Source: an uncultured Acidobacteriota bacterium (lineage in GTDB: Bacteria > Acidobacteriota > Vicinamibacteria > Vicinamibacterales > 2-12-FULL-66-21). From it: a DNA stretch of 64,000 nucleotides. The stretch covers positions 392,142-456,141 of the forward strand of contig CAWJNJ010000006.1 in the NCBI GenBank assembly GCA_963844245.1, written 5' to 3'. Shown here piece by piece: positions 50,517 through 60,156 of the stretch (within the stretch, counting starts at the first letter, position 1; every line of letters starts with the position of its first letter). The position numbers and the translations under genes were made by a program. The notes under the pieces were generated by a model that saw nothing but the letters and a program-made list of their open reading frames with translations, had not been told where the DNA came from and did not search any database.

Positions 50517-52300
50517 CGCGCGACCTCGACTCGCACGTAGTCGATACCCGCCGACAGCAGGCGGCCATCGCCGCCGAGGCCGACGTCCACCGGCCGCTGC
50601 GTCCGGCTGAACTCCAGCGTCAGCCGGTTCACGCCGGCACGCCATACCGATTCTTCCACCTCGAAGACAACTGTCGTCCACTCTGTCGGAACAGCAACCG
50701 GCGCCTGTCGTCGTCCATTGACGATGGGCGTCATCATTTGCGGTGGTGCACCCGGATAGTTGAATGCCTGGGCGCGAACCTGCACCCGCAGCGGGGCGGC
50801 GTGATCGAGCGCGATCAGCAGCGTCGCGGGCGAGAAGGCCCAGCGGAACGTTACGCCGCCGCCTTCCTCCGCACCGTGCCAGCCGTCCTCGAGCCAGAGT
50901 TCGTCGGCACTGCCGATGTCGATCCGTCCATAAGGCCTGAGCTCGTCGCCGAGAAAGCGTTGCGATGACAGCAGGTCGTAGGAGCCGATCGGCAGATCGT
51001 TGCGGAGAGCGAAGACGAGACTCACCGGGTAGGTGAAGGGATTCCCGAACCATCGGTGGAAGGCCCGGGCCTGGTGCGCGCCGGCTTCGCCGAACGAGGT
51101 GGCTTCGCCGATGCGAACGTGGCCGTCCTGCGCCGCGCTCATCAAGGTGAGGTTCCAGAGCACCAGCAGGGCCCCGCCTGATGCGACGGTTCGGAGAGGA
51201 TGCCGCTCGACGACCCGGGTGAGGGTCTGGACCAATGCGGCCACGCCCAGTGTGAACAGCGGGAGCGTGCCCTCGAAGCGGCGTCCGCCGTAGCCGGCGC
51301 TGCCCCACCAGTCCTGGATCGACGCGTTGAAGTAGGTCATCACCGCGATGGCCGCGAGCGCCGGCACACCGATCCACGGCCTGGCGACGGCAAAGACGAC
51401 GAGCCCAATCGCACCGAGGTAGAGGACCGGGGACCAGCTGAAGAGGCCATTGCGCGCCGACCAGAGGATGTCGACGAGCTGCGGGTCCCACCAGCGGATC
51501 TGCGGTCCGACCGGCGATACCGCAAGGAAGGAACCATAGATCGACTTCCACGCGATCATCTGCGGGATGAATCCAACCACCGCACAGGCCGTGAAGATGG
51601 CCCCGACGGCCAGGGTACCAGTCACCACCGGCCGGTCGCGCCGGCGCGCCGCCGCCACGAGCATCGTCAGGGCCTCGTATGCAGGCAGGATGGCGAACAA
51701 CGCGTTCTGCCAGCGGATCAGGGTGATGAATCCGGCGATGAGACCGAGCAGCGCCCACTGCAGACGCGTTCGACGTCCGTGGGTTGCCGCCCACATCCAG
51801 GTGAACCCGGCGACGCCGGCCATCGACGGGGCATGCGTCATGCTCGGTTCCTTCACCATGTACCAGAGCATGAAGGACCCGCAGATCACGAGCGCAACCG
51901 CCCCCGCCGCGAGACGCCGGTCGAAGAAGATCGTGGTCAGCCGATAGGTGAACCAGCAGCCAAGCAGGGCGTAGAACAATCCGGCGATGCAGACCGCCTG
52001 CCGGTACGGATACGAGATGCCGTTCGTGCTGACATCGGCGCCAGTCGCCGCGAGCCGGTTCGCAATCGGGTGCGCGGCGGCGAAAAACGGCGCCCATACG
52101 ATCGCAGGTCCGATCGTCCACGCCGATTGCGCGTAGCCGGTCGGGGTCGGATTGAAGAGGTGAGCCTTGTCGCCGAGACCGAGCAGCTTGTAGTCGTTGC
52201 TGAACTCGACATCCCGATCGAACACGATCGAGCGCAGGTAGGCGAAATAGTAGAAGCCGTCGCTCTGAAGGCGCGCGCCGAGGTGAAGCTGGGCCGCCAC
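50513..52300 (-). CDS. Unassigned polytopic membrane protein, GT-C-like, with a C-terminal soluble beta-rich domain (paralogue B)
   Basis: 595-aa ORF from GTG 52300 with more than 10 TM segments. The first-loop motif is LQSDGFYYFAYLRSIVFDRDVEFSNDY. The in-frame upstream sequence (..DVLDGRARSRRIAPFLFAALFATG) has no start codon. The true N-terminus probably begins at GTG 52556 (GTGA overlap with the upstream stop) and joins through a one-base insertion between about 52300 and 52420. Confidence 0.6.
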   Translation of the reverse strand: MAAQLHLGARLQSDGFYYFAYLRSIVFDRDVEFSNDYKLLGLGDKAHLFNPTPTGYAQSAWTIGPAIVWAPFFAAAHPIANRLAATGADVSTNGISYPYRQAVCIAGLFYALLGCWFTYRLTTIFFDRRLAAGAVALVICGSFMLWYMVKEPSMTHAPSMAGVAGFTWMWAATHGRRTRLQWALLGLIAGFITLIRWQNALFAILPAYEALTMLVAAARRRDRPVVTGTLAVGAIFTACAVVGFIPQMIAWKSIYGSFLAVSPVGPQIRWWDPQLVDILWSARNGLFSWSPVLYLGAIGLVVFAVARPWIGVPALAAIAVMTYFNASIQDWWGSAGYGGRRFEGTLPLFTLGVAALVQTLTRVVERHPLRTVASGGALLVLWNLTLMSAAQDGHVRIGEATSFGEAGAHQARAFHRWFGNPFTYPVSLVFALRNDLPIGSYDLLSSQRFLGDELRPYGRIDIGSADELWLEDGWHGAEEGGGVTFRWAFSPATLLIALDHAAPLRVQVRAQAFNYPGAPPQMMTPIVNGRRQAPVAVPTEWTTVVFEVEESVWRAGVNRLTLEFSRTQRPVDVGLGGDGRLLSAGIDYVRVEVAR

Positions 52301-52552
52301 GCCTGTGGCGAAGAGCGCGGCGAAGAGAAACGGCGCGATGCGCCGCGAGCGCGCCCTCCCGTCCAGAACGTCGCCGCCGCGGGAAGCGGCAATGCCAGCA
52401 GCAGCCGCCGATGACGGCGATTACTGTCAGCGTCCACAGCCCGGGGCGCATCCCAAGGACCATCTCGAGGATTGAGCGGCGGGCCACTTCCCGCGCGCAG
52501 AGCTCCACGATCACGACCGCGAGAATTGCCCAGGCCCCCGGACGCAGGAACC

Positions 52553-54055
52553 TCACGGACGGACTTTCACGATCCGCAGCTCAGGGCCTGGATGCTCATC
52601 GCTGGCCGTGAACCGCGCGACCTCCTGCCCGCGCGTGAAGAGCGTCATGTAGGCGGTGAACTCCTCGCGGTACGTGGACGGCGACGCCAGGTACGGTCCA
52701 TAACACTGCGACGATGCGATGAGGTAGTCGGCGCGGGCCTCGACGTACTGGTCGTAGGTCAACTGGCGCAATTGACGCATGCGGCGACTCTCGTAGCGTG
52801 CCGGGAAGGTGAGGTGATTACCCTCCTGCACGATGCGGGATCCCTCCGGCGCGTTCTCGAGTATCCAGCGATAGGCGAGATCGGTGGTCGAGGTCTTGGC
52901 GATGATGCGGTCGAAACTCAGCGCCGTTGCCGCCGGCGGACCGAGCAGCGCAATGGTCAAGCCGGCGATGAGGGCAGTGCGAACACCGCGGGGAAACTGG
53001 TACCGCCGCAGGAGGCTCACGCCCGAGATCACCGCCGCGGCCGCCAGCACGCACAGCATCGGCACGATCGGCAGCATGTACCGCGCATAGATGATGCGCT
53101 GCTCCGCCACGATCAGGAAGTACGGGATCGTGAAGACCAGCGCGACGGCCCACGGTACCCGGCCCGGCCCGCCGACGGCTCGCACCAGACCCATGAGCAG
53201 CCCGCCGGTGATGAGCAGCATCCCCGGCAGCCCGAACTGCAGGCGGAGGTGCTTCAAGTAGATGATGATGCCGGCCTCCGGCGGCGGCGGACCGTTGCGG
53301 TACTCAGCCGTCAGACTGGCGAAGCGATCCAGAAATCCCGGCAGGTCCAGGATGGTGAACGGCGCGGCAACAAAGAAGGCCACGGCCGCGGCGCCGATCG
53401 CCGCCAGCGCGCAGACCATGCGTGACGGCCGCGCGGCGGGCGTCATCCAGCAGGCCAGCAGCGGCATCAGCAGCGCCAGCCCGCCGTTGTACTTGACTGC
53501 GGCTGCGAGGCCGGCCATTGCGCCGGCCCACACAAACGCCCGCACGACCGGGCGCTCGTGCGCCGTCAGCGCCATCAGCATGGTCAGCGCCACGAAGAAT
53601 GTCAGAGGGATGTCGGTCAGAACGTAGTGCGAGTAGCGGACGTGCAGGGGCATCAGCGCCATCAGCGCCGCGGCCAGCAGCGCGTGTCGTGCGCCCCAGC
53701 GCAGGCCGATCCGGAACACGACCAGCACCGTCGCGACGCCGAACGCCGCCGTTACGGCCCGCCCCCACAGGTAGAAGCTGTCGCTGGTGACGTGCGCGAG
53801 CGAGTCCCAGGCGCCGGTCACGGATCCGGCGATGAAGCGGACCACCGAAACGAGAAACTGGATGTAGATGAGGAGCTGGCCGTAGTCGAAAAAGTGAGGA
53901 TTGAGCGTCCCCGCCTTCATCATGCGCAGGGCGCGTTCGACGATTTCCGGTTCGTCAACGCTGAGGGCGTGCGGAATCCCATGCCCGAGCGCCCAGAAGC
54001 GCAGCGCTGCCGCGACCGCGAGAACGAGCAGCAGCCCGAGACGGGACGGACGCAT
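52553..54055 (-). CDS. Glycosyltransferase family 39 (ArnT/PMT-like) polytopic membrane protein
   Basis: MRPSRLGLLLVLAVAAALRFWALG..LSVDEPEIVERAL first-loop acidic motif, about 12 TM segments and a C-terminal periplasmic domain. ATG 54055 is preceded by GAGG at 8 nt. The track ORF starts at TTG 54088. Confidence 0.78.
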   Translation of the reverse strand: MRPSRLGLLLVLAVAAALRFWALGHGIPHALSVDEPEIVERALRMMKAGTLNPHFFDYGQLLIYIQFLVSVVRFIAGSVTGAWDSLAHVTSDSFYLWGRAVTAAFGVATVLVVFRIGLRWGARHALLAAALMALMPLHVRYSHYVLTDIPLTFFVALTMLMALTAHERPVVRAFVWAGAMAGLAAAVKYNGGLALLMPLLACWMTPAARPSRMVCALAAIGAAAVAFFVAAPFTILDLPGFLDRFASLTAEYRNGPPPPEAGIIIYLKHLRLQFGLPGMLLITGGLLMGLVRAVGGPGRVPWAVALVFTIPYFLIVAEQRIIYARYMLPIVPMLCVLAAAAVISGVSLLRRYQFPRGVRTALIAGLTIALLGPPAATALSFDRIIAKTSTTDLAYRWILENAPEGSRIVQEGNHLTFPARYESRRMRQLRQLTYDQYVEARADYLIASSQCYGPYLASPSTYREEFTAYMTLFTRGQEVARFTASDEHPGPELRIVKVRP

Positions 54056-54094
54056 GTCGCTCGCCTCGCGCCATTCGCGTTCAGCCAAGTAAAT

Positions 54095-55504
54095 TCAAGC
54101 CTCGTTACTCACGTGGGGCTCTGCCCCACACCCCGGCTCGGTCGCTCGCGGGGCCCCGACACCCCGCGCCGCTCCCTCGCAGGCGCGCCCTGCGCGCCGG
54201 GAGCGTGTGGTTTCTGAGCACGCTGTTTGGGGAAAATCGTAGCTTACTACAGGCACCGGTCTGGACAGCAGACGCTGGTAGAGGCGGATCGTCTCCTGGA
54301 CCGCGGCGGTCCACGAGAAGTCACGCTCCACGATCGCGCGCCCCTCGATCCCCATCTCCGTCAGCCGCTCCCGATCCTCGAGCGCACCGCTGATCGCGGC
54401 CGCGAGGGCGGCGGGATCGCCGGCTGCGACGATCCAGCCGTTGACGCCGTTCTTGACCTTGTCGGGCAGCCCCCCGGCATCCGTGACGACGCACGCCCGT
54501 CGGTGCGCCATCGCCTCCAGGGTGACCAGCGAGCTGCCTTCGTAGAGGGTGGGATGCACGAACAGGTCGGCTGCCTCGTACCACGAATGGAGCTCGCGGT
54601 CCGGCGCCTTGCCGGCAAACAGGACGTTGCTGGTGAGCCGCAGCTCCGACAGCAGTAGTTCCAGCTGCCCGCGGAACGGGCCGGCGCCGACGATAACCCA
54701 GCGCCACCGGCCGTGCGCCAGCCGTCCAGAATGCTCGCGCAGCGCAGCAAGTGCCTGGGCGAGCAGGTGAAAGCCCTTGTTCGCTTCGAGCCGGCCGACA
54801 CTCAACAGCACCACTTCATCGGTAGCAATGCCGGCCGCCTCGCGCACCCGGACGCCGTCGGCCGGATGCGCCATCGCGTCCACGTCCGCCAGATCCAACG
54901 CGTTTGGGATGGTCGCGATCTTGTCGTCGGCAACGCCCAGGTGCTGGCGGACCGCCGGCTCGAGGGCGCGGTCGGTGGCAATCACGGCGTCCGCCCGGCG
55001 CGCGCACGCGATGACGGCGCGTCGAAGTGGTAAATACGCAGCCCGCTTCAGCCTCGCACGGGACGGATCGGTGGCGCCAAACTCCTCGAGCCCCTGCGGA
55101 TTCAGAACCAGGGGCGCTGACAGCGAGGGCCGCCGTCTCGCGTAGCCGAGCACGCTCGCGCCGAAGCCGTGGACGATGTCCACCTCGCCGCGGGCGACCA
55201 TCTCGGCGGCGAGCATGCCGGCGCGGTAGCCGAAGAGGGGATAGGCGGTGCTCCGGTCGAGCACCGTCGTGCCACGCCGTCCAGCGAAGGGGAACGTCCG
55301 ATAAGGCACGAACGCGAGCTGCACGTCGGGGTGGACCGCGTCGGCGTCGGCCGGTGCGTGCGGCGTGCGTGTAATGAGCGTGACGCGGACGCCGTTTCTC
55401 GCCAGGTGCCGAGCGAGATCGTAGACGCTGCGCTCGAGGCCGCCGAGCCCGTGAAGCGGGAACACCGAACGCGCCGTGATCGCGACGCGGAGCGGGGAAC
55501 TCAC
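54095..55504 (-). CDS. GT4-family glycosyltransferase
   Basis: GT-B fold: N-terminal FPLHGLGGLERSVYDLARHL and C-terminal YEGSSLVTLEAMA..VVTDAGGLPD. The last 56 codons (54095-54262) have non-coding-like codon bias. The true stop is probably TAG-TAA at 54244-54249, reached by removing one base at 54252-54253. Confidence 0.82.
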   Translation of the reverse strand: MSSPLRVAITARSVFPLHGLGGLERSVYDLARHLARNGVRVTLITRTPHAPADADAVHPDVQLAFVPYRTFPFAGRRGTTVLDRSTAYPLFGYRAGMLAAEMVARGEVDIVHGFGASVLGYARRRPSLSAPLVLNPQGLEEFGATDPSRARLKRAAYLPLRRAVIACARRADAVIATDRALEPAVRQHLGVADDKIATIPNALDLADVDAMAHPADGVRVREAAGIATDEVVLLSVGRLEANKGFHLLAQALAALREHSGRLAHGRWRWVIVGAGPFRGQLELLLSELRLTSNVLFAGKAPDRELHSWYEAADLFVHPTLYEGSSLVTLEAMAHRRACVVTDAGGLPDKVKNGVNGWIVAAGDPAALAAAISGALEDRERLTEMGIEGRAIVERDFSWTAAVQETIRLYQRLLSRPVPVVSYDFPQTACSETTRSRRAGRACEGAARGVGAPRATEPGCGAEPHVSNEA

Positions 55505-56761
55505 AGCCGCGGCTCCCGGATGACGTCGTGGTAGAGCGCTTCGACGCGCGCGATCACGGCACTCGAGTCGAACTTCTCAGCCGTCCGCTTCGCGGCTGCC
55601 GCGCCGAGCCGCTGCCGCAGCACCTCGCCATGCCGGATCCGCCGCACGTCCTCGGCAAGCCCGGACGGGTTGTCGGATAAGAGGCCGGTAACCTCGTCCT
55701 CGACGATGTCGGTCGTGCCGCCGGTGTTCATGGCCGCGATCGGTATGCCGAGCGCGCTGGCTTCGAGCAGCACGCGGCTCAGCGACTCTGGACCTCGCGA
55801 TGGAAAAATGAGCAGACCGGCGTGCGCGATCCACGTCGCGGTCTGTGCCTGATCCAGCCACCCGGTGAACCGCACGTCCTGGCCGGATGCGCGCGCGGCC
55901 GCCTCGATGCGGGCGCGGTCAGGCCCGTCACCGACGATGACCAGGGGCCAGTCCAGTTCGGCGTGCCGAGCGACGTCCACGAGATGGTCGGTCCCCTTGT
56001 TAGGCGCGAGCTTGCCGACGTAGAGCGCGTAGGGGTCCGGCATCGGCCGCGGCGTCGCGGCCGCTCTCAGCAAAGCGCTCACGTTGACCGGATTGGGGAT
56101 GATTTCAAGCCGAGTCGCGCGCCAGCTCCGGGGCCCGCGCGAGAAGGTCCCGTGCGATGACCGAGCTCACCGCGATCACGGCGCTGGCCGACGCGAGTGC
56201 GTCGATCTTCTGCGCCATGTTGCGGCGCAGATACGTCTGCGCGATCGCGCGCGCGAATCCGAGGACGCCGATGCGCGGACGGCCATGCTGCACTCGAGCC
56301 GCCTGCGAGCAGCCCGGGCAGAGCGCGAGGGTTGCGGCCGTGTGGATCATGTCGGACCTGTAGCAGACCGGCCAGTAGTCGCGAACGGTCACGACACTCG
56401 GAATACCGCGGCGTCGCGCCGCCATCACGGCGGGCGGCGCCGACAGCACGTGCTGCCCGTGGACGACATCGATCCTGTTCGCGATGATCAGTTCTTCGAG
56501 CCGGCTCGCGAGCCGCGGGTACAACCGCTCATTCTTGAAGTAGTTCCTGACACCCGGCAGCGACGGCGCAAAGGCGTGGTACTCGATGACGCGAATCCCG
56601 TTGTAGACGGTCGAGGTCTCAGGCGCGCTCTTGCCGGCGACGACCTTGACGACCAGCACGGTGTGCCCCCGGTCCACGAGTCCGCGCGCCAGCTCATAGG
56701 TGCTCCAGCCGCTGCCACCGCAATTGGGCGGGAACGAATCGGTCGGGAGCAGGATGTTCAT
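55501..56761 (-). pseudogene. GT4-family glycosyltransferase, frame broken by one extra base
   Basis: N-half (56105-56761: MNILLPTDSFPPNCGGSGWSTYELARGL..) and C-half (55501-56082 frame: ..LEIIPNPVNV..YVGKLAPNKG..EASALGIPIAAMNTGG) join if one C of CC 56110-56111 is removed. Confidence 0.8.
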
Positions 56762-57911
56762 GGCGTTGGACGAAGTTGCCTGATCCGGTCGTCCAGGGTG
56801 CGGCAGTGCGCTTCCCAGCTGTACTCGCGCAACGCACGCTCACGAGCCGCGATCCCCAGCCTGACCCGCAGCTCGGCATCGTCTGCGAGTTCCGCCAAGG
56901 CCGCCGCAAGCGCATTGTCGTCCGACGGGTCGTAGAGCACGCCTTCTCGTCCCTGGCCGACCAGCTCGGGGATCCGCGCGATCCTGGGTGCGACCACCGG
57001 GAGTCCGGAGGCCATGTACTCGAACATCTTCAATGGCGACCAGTAGAACCCCAGCGCGAGCGGCTTGTGGGCGCCAATGTCGAATGGCGCGACACCGACA
57101 TGCGCGGACGCCAGTGCGGCAGGCATGAGACGAGTGCGGCAGCGCGCCGGTGAAGACGACGTGCTCCAGGCTGGCGGCTTCGGCCTTGACGGACGGAAGC
57201 TCCGGCCCGTCGCCGATGAACAGCGCCGAAATATCCCGACGGCCGCGCTCGCGCAGCCGGCGGATGGCTTTGGCCAGGTTGATGGCCCCGTGCCAGTTGC
57301 GAAAAGCTCCAGCGAACACCGCCACCACACCCGGCGGCGGCGTGAATGGCAGCGGACTCTCTGCACCCGGGTGAAACCGCACCGTGTCGGCGCCCCACTC
57401 GGCTTCGAGGATCTTTGCCGGCGGCGTCGAACGCGGCAGAATCGCGGCGTCGGGCGTGACAATGAGATCGGCGGCGGCGCAGAGACGCTCGCGCCAGCGC
57501 TGCATCGGCCGGACGAGCAACACGCTGTCGATCACCGCCTTGGTCGAGCCCGGATGGTCCACGACCGGCGCGTTGACTTCGAGGACGGCGCGCGCGTGCA
57601 GGTCCCTCGCGTGCAGGATCGCCTCACCACCGAAGTTGTAGTACCCGCTCCATCACGACGTCAGGCCGCAGCTGCTCGGCGATTCGCTTTACCGCACCGC
57701 TTCGCGCCCAGCGCAGTTGGTGGGCGCCAAAGGGCGGCCGCATCGGTAGCCACGTCACCGAGCCCGCCGGAAACGGAGCATCCCCAGGTCCGACCAGTAC
57801 GTGGACGTCATGTCCGAGCGCCGCGAGCCCCTCCGCAACCGCCGTGACATGGACGGAACCACCCTTGGTGCCGGGGACCGTCTGGTCGATCGCGGAGTAG
57901 AGGATCTTCAT
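56758..57911 (-). pseudogene. GT4-family glycosyltransferase, frame broken twice by single extra bases
   Basis: Segment 1 (57911 frame) is MKILYSAIDQTVPGTKGGSVHV..PDVVMER. Segment 2 (57562 frame) is YYNFGGEAILHARDL..VVFTGALPH. Segment 3 (57462 frame) is RLMPAALASAHVGVAPF..LKMFEYMASGLPVVAP... The junctions are at CCC 57644-57646 and at about 57131-57136. Confidence 0.75.
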
Positions 57912-58972
57912 TTCTTCACGAGCAGTGCGAAGAACGGACCGGAGCGAATGCGCCCGAACAGCAGCAGGTCCAGCTTCATGGCGAACGACAGCCCGCGAAG
58001 CGCCGCGTAGGTCGGACCGCTTGCCGCGATTCGCTCTTTGGCGGCCGTGCGCGCTTCGCGGATGGCGGCGGCATCGGCTTCCGCCGCACCCGCTCCCTTG
58101 GTCGTGGCGCGTGCGGCGGCCCGGCGCGCCATCGCCCGCTCCGCCATCCGCATCATGATGTTCTCGACGAAGCCACCGACGATCGGCGTGTAGTAGCGGA
58201 TGCGCTGGATGCGGAACCCGGCCGCCGCGACGACGCGTTCGAGATGCGGGACGTCCTCGAGCGGGTTGAGATGGTCCGACTTGCGCAGGCGCTCCTGGCG
58301 CAGGTCGATGAGGTCCCAGCGTTCGAGCTGCCGCGCCAGCTTGTTGATCCACTTCAGCCCGGCGGCAACCGGGGCGTTCTTGCGGACGTGCGTGTAGACA
58401 AACAGCGCGCCGCCCGGCTTGAGCACGCGCGCCGCTTCTGCGAGCATGCCGTCGAGCGCGTCGGGCGAGAGGTGCTCGAGCACGTCGAGCGACCAGGCCT
58501 TGTCGAACGTATTGTCGGCAAACGGCAACTGCCGCAGATCCGCCAGCATCAGGTCGATCTGCTGCCGCGCATCGTGCGAGAAAAACGGCGCGATATCGAT
58601 GCCGATGACATCGGCGCCGAGGTCCCGGTTCCACAGCACTGCGCGTCCGCTGCCGCAGCCCAGGTCCGCAATCAGTTCGCCCCGCTTCGGCGCCAGGAAG
58701 GACCGAAGCATGTCGTTGCGAATGCGAGAGCCGAGCAGTGGGGGAGACACTCGTTCGTGCCTGGCATCGGCATGCAGCGCCTCGTCCAGGTACTTGGTCT
58801 GCTCGGCATACATCTGCAGCGGACGGATATCGAGAAAGTCGCTCGGGTTCTCGTAGCCGCGGCCGCAGCCACTGCAGACGAGTCGCACCTGTCCGCCCTC
58901 CGCGCTCGATCGGACGAGCGTGCCCCTGCAGTCGGCGCAGCGGACGATGGACAGCAGGCGATCGGAAATCAT
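57908..58972 (-). CDS. Class I SAM-dependent methyltransferase with an N-terminal Trm112-like zinc ribbon
   Basis: CADCRG..CSGCGRGY zinc ribbon and SAM motif I ADLGCGSGRAV. ATGA overlaps at both ends. Confidence 0.85.
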   Translation of the reverse strand: MISDRLLSIVRCADCRGTLVRSSAEGGQVRLVCSGCGRGYENPSDFLDIRPLQMYAEQTKYLDEALHADARHERVSPPLLGSRIRNDMLRSFLAPKRGELIADLGCGSGRAVLWNRDLGADVIGIDIAPFFSHDARQQIDLMLADLRQLPFADNTFDKAWSLDVLEHLSPDALDGMLAEAARVLKPGGALFVYTHVRKNAPVAAGLKWINKLARQLERWDLIDLRQERLRKSDHLNPLEDVPHLERVVAAAGFRIQRIRYYTPIVGGFVENIMMRMAERAMARRAAARATTKGAGAAEADAAAIREARTAAKERIAASGPTYAALRGLSFAMKLDLLLFGRIRSGPFFALLVKK

Positions 58973-60156
58973 GATGCGTGCACGACGTCTTTCAAGAGGG
59001 CTTCGAGGCGTTCGGCCCGACGTGGCCAGGTGTAAGCGGCCGCGTCGCTCGATGCGGTGTGTGCGAGACGTCCGGCCAGCGCCGCGTCATTCATCAAGGT
59101 GCGCATGGCGCGCGCGATCGCGTCCGCACTTCCCGGCTCGACCAGTAGCGCGTTCTCACCGTCCCGCAGTACTTCCCTGATCGCCGGCAGGTCAGAGGCA
59201 ATGATGGCCCGGCCGGCCGCCATGTACTCGAACAGCTTGAGCGGTGACGTGAAGTGCGTCGAGATCGCCGAGGCCGGGTTCGGCAGGACCAGCATCGTCG
59301 CTTTCGCCAGGTGGCCGGGGACCATCGCGGGTGGGATGAGCCCCGTGAACGTCACCCGCTCTTCGATGCCGAGCGTGTCGGCCAACGCCGTCACGCGGGC
59401 GAGGTCAGGCTCGGCGGCGTGGCCGCCGACGATCAATCCACGAACCTCTGGTACGAGCGCGATCGCCTGCAACAGGATGTCGACGCCCTTCCACGCGTAG
59501 AGGTGCCCGGCGTAGCCGGCGACAGGCGCGAGACCGGCAGAGTGTGGTGGCGGTGGCGGTGTCGACGCCCTCATGCCGTCCGGCACAACCGCGAGCTTCT
59601 GTCGTGGCCCAAGCCGCCGCTGCAATTCGTCGGCAAGCGCCTGCGTAATGGTGACGTAGCCGTCCGCACTCTGCCACACGGCCGACTCTCGATCGGCGAG
59701 GCGCTTCAGTTTGGCCGGGCTCGCGGGCTTGGCGGTTGCGACCAGCTCGGGCAGAGCTGCCGCGACGTCCGGCGCGTAGCCGTGCGATTCGTAGACGACC
59801 GGCGCTCGCATGCCGGCCGGCATCATCAGCAGCGCGGCGGCGACCCCAAGGTCACGCGTGAGGATCACGTCGGCGCGCGCCTTGCCGAACGCTCGCCCGA
59901 ATACGAACGACATGTAACCAACGCGCGCGAGCAAGCCGGCGCCCTTCGGCGCGTTGGCCCGTTCGATGATCAGCGACTTGATCGACGGCAGTCCGTAGAA
60001 CTCGAACGGATCCCGGACCGGGCTGTGCGTGTCGGGCTTCACGACCAGGTGCACGGTGTGGCCGCGCTCGGCGAGCGCATGGCACGTTTCCATGGTCTGG
60101 ATGCCATTGGCCCGTTCGAGCGGGAAGCGGATATCGGCGAAGTACAGGATCCGCAT
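58969..60156 (-). CDS. GT4-family glycosyltransferase
   Basis: MRILYFADIRFPLERANGIQTMETCHALAERGH.. N-terminus and C-terminal SPLKLFEYMAAGRAIIASDLP. Start at ATG 60156 (the track ORF extends spuriously to 60876). It overlaps the upstream stop by 1 nt. Confidence 0.85.
   Translation of the reverse strand: MRILYFADIRFPLERANGIQTMETCHALAERGHTVHLVVKPDTHSPVRDPFEFYGLPSIKSLIIERANAPKGAGLLARVGYMSFVFGRAFGKARADVILTRDLGVAAALLMMPAGMRAPVVYESHGYAPDVAAALPELVATAKPASPAKLKRLADRESAVWQSADGYVTITQALADELQRRLGPRQKLAVVPDGMRASTPPPPPHSAGLAPVAGYAGHLYAWKGVDILLQAIALVPEVRGLIVGGHAAEPDLARVTALADTLGIEERVTFTGLIPPAMVPGHLAKATMLVLPNPASAISTHFTSPLKLFEYMAAGRAIIASDLPAIREVLRDGENALLVEPGSADAIARAMRTLMNDAALAGRLAHTASSDAAAYTWPRRAERLEALLKDVVHAS

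Noticed and set aside
50040-52556. An 838-aa ORF spanning the GT-C-like B locus.
   Set aside because: Only its first 45-85 codons or so (from GTG 52556) look like real coding sequence, namely the TM-like N-terminus of the neighbouring frame's protein. The rest is Arg/Pro/Gly-rich out-of-frame read-through of the 595-aa ORF and the surA-like gene region.
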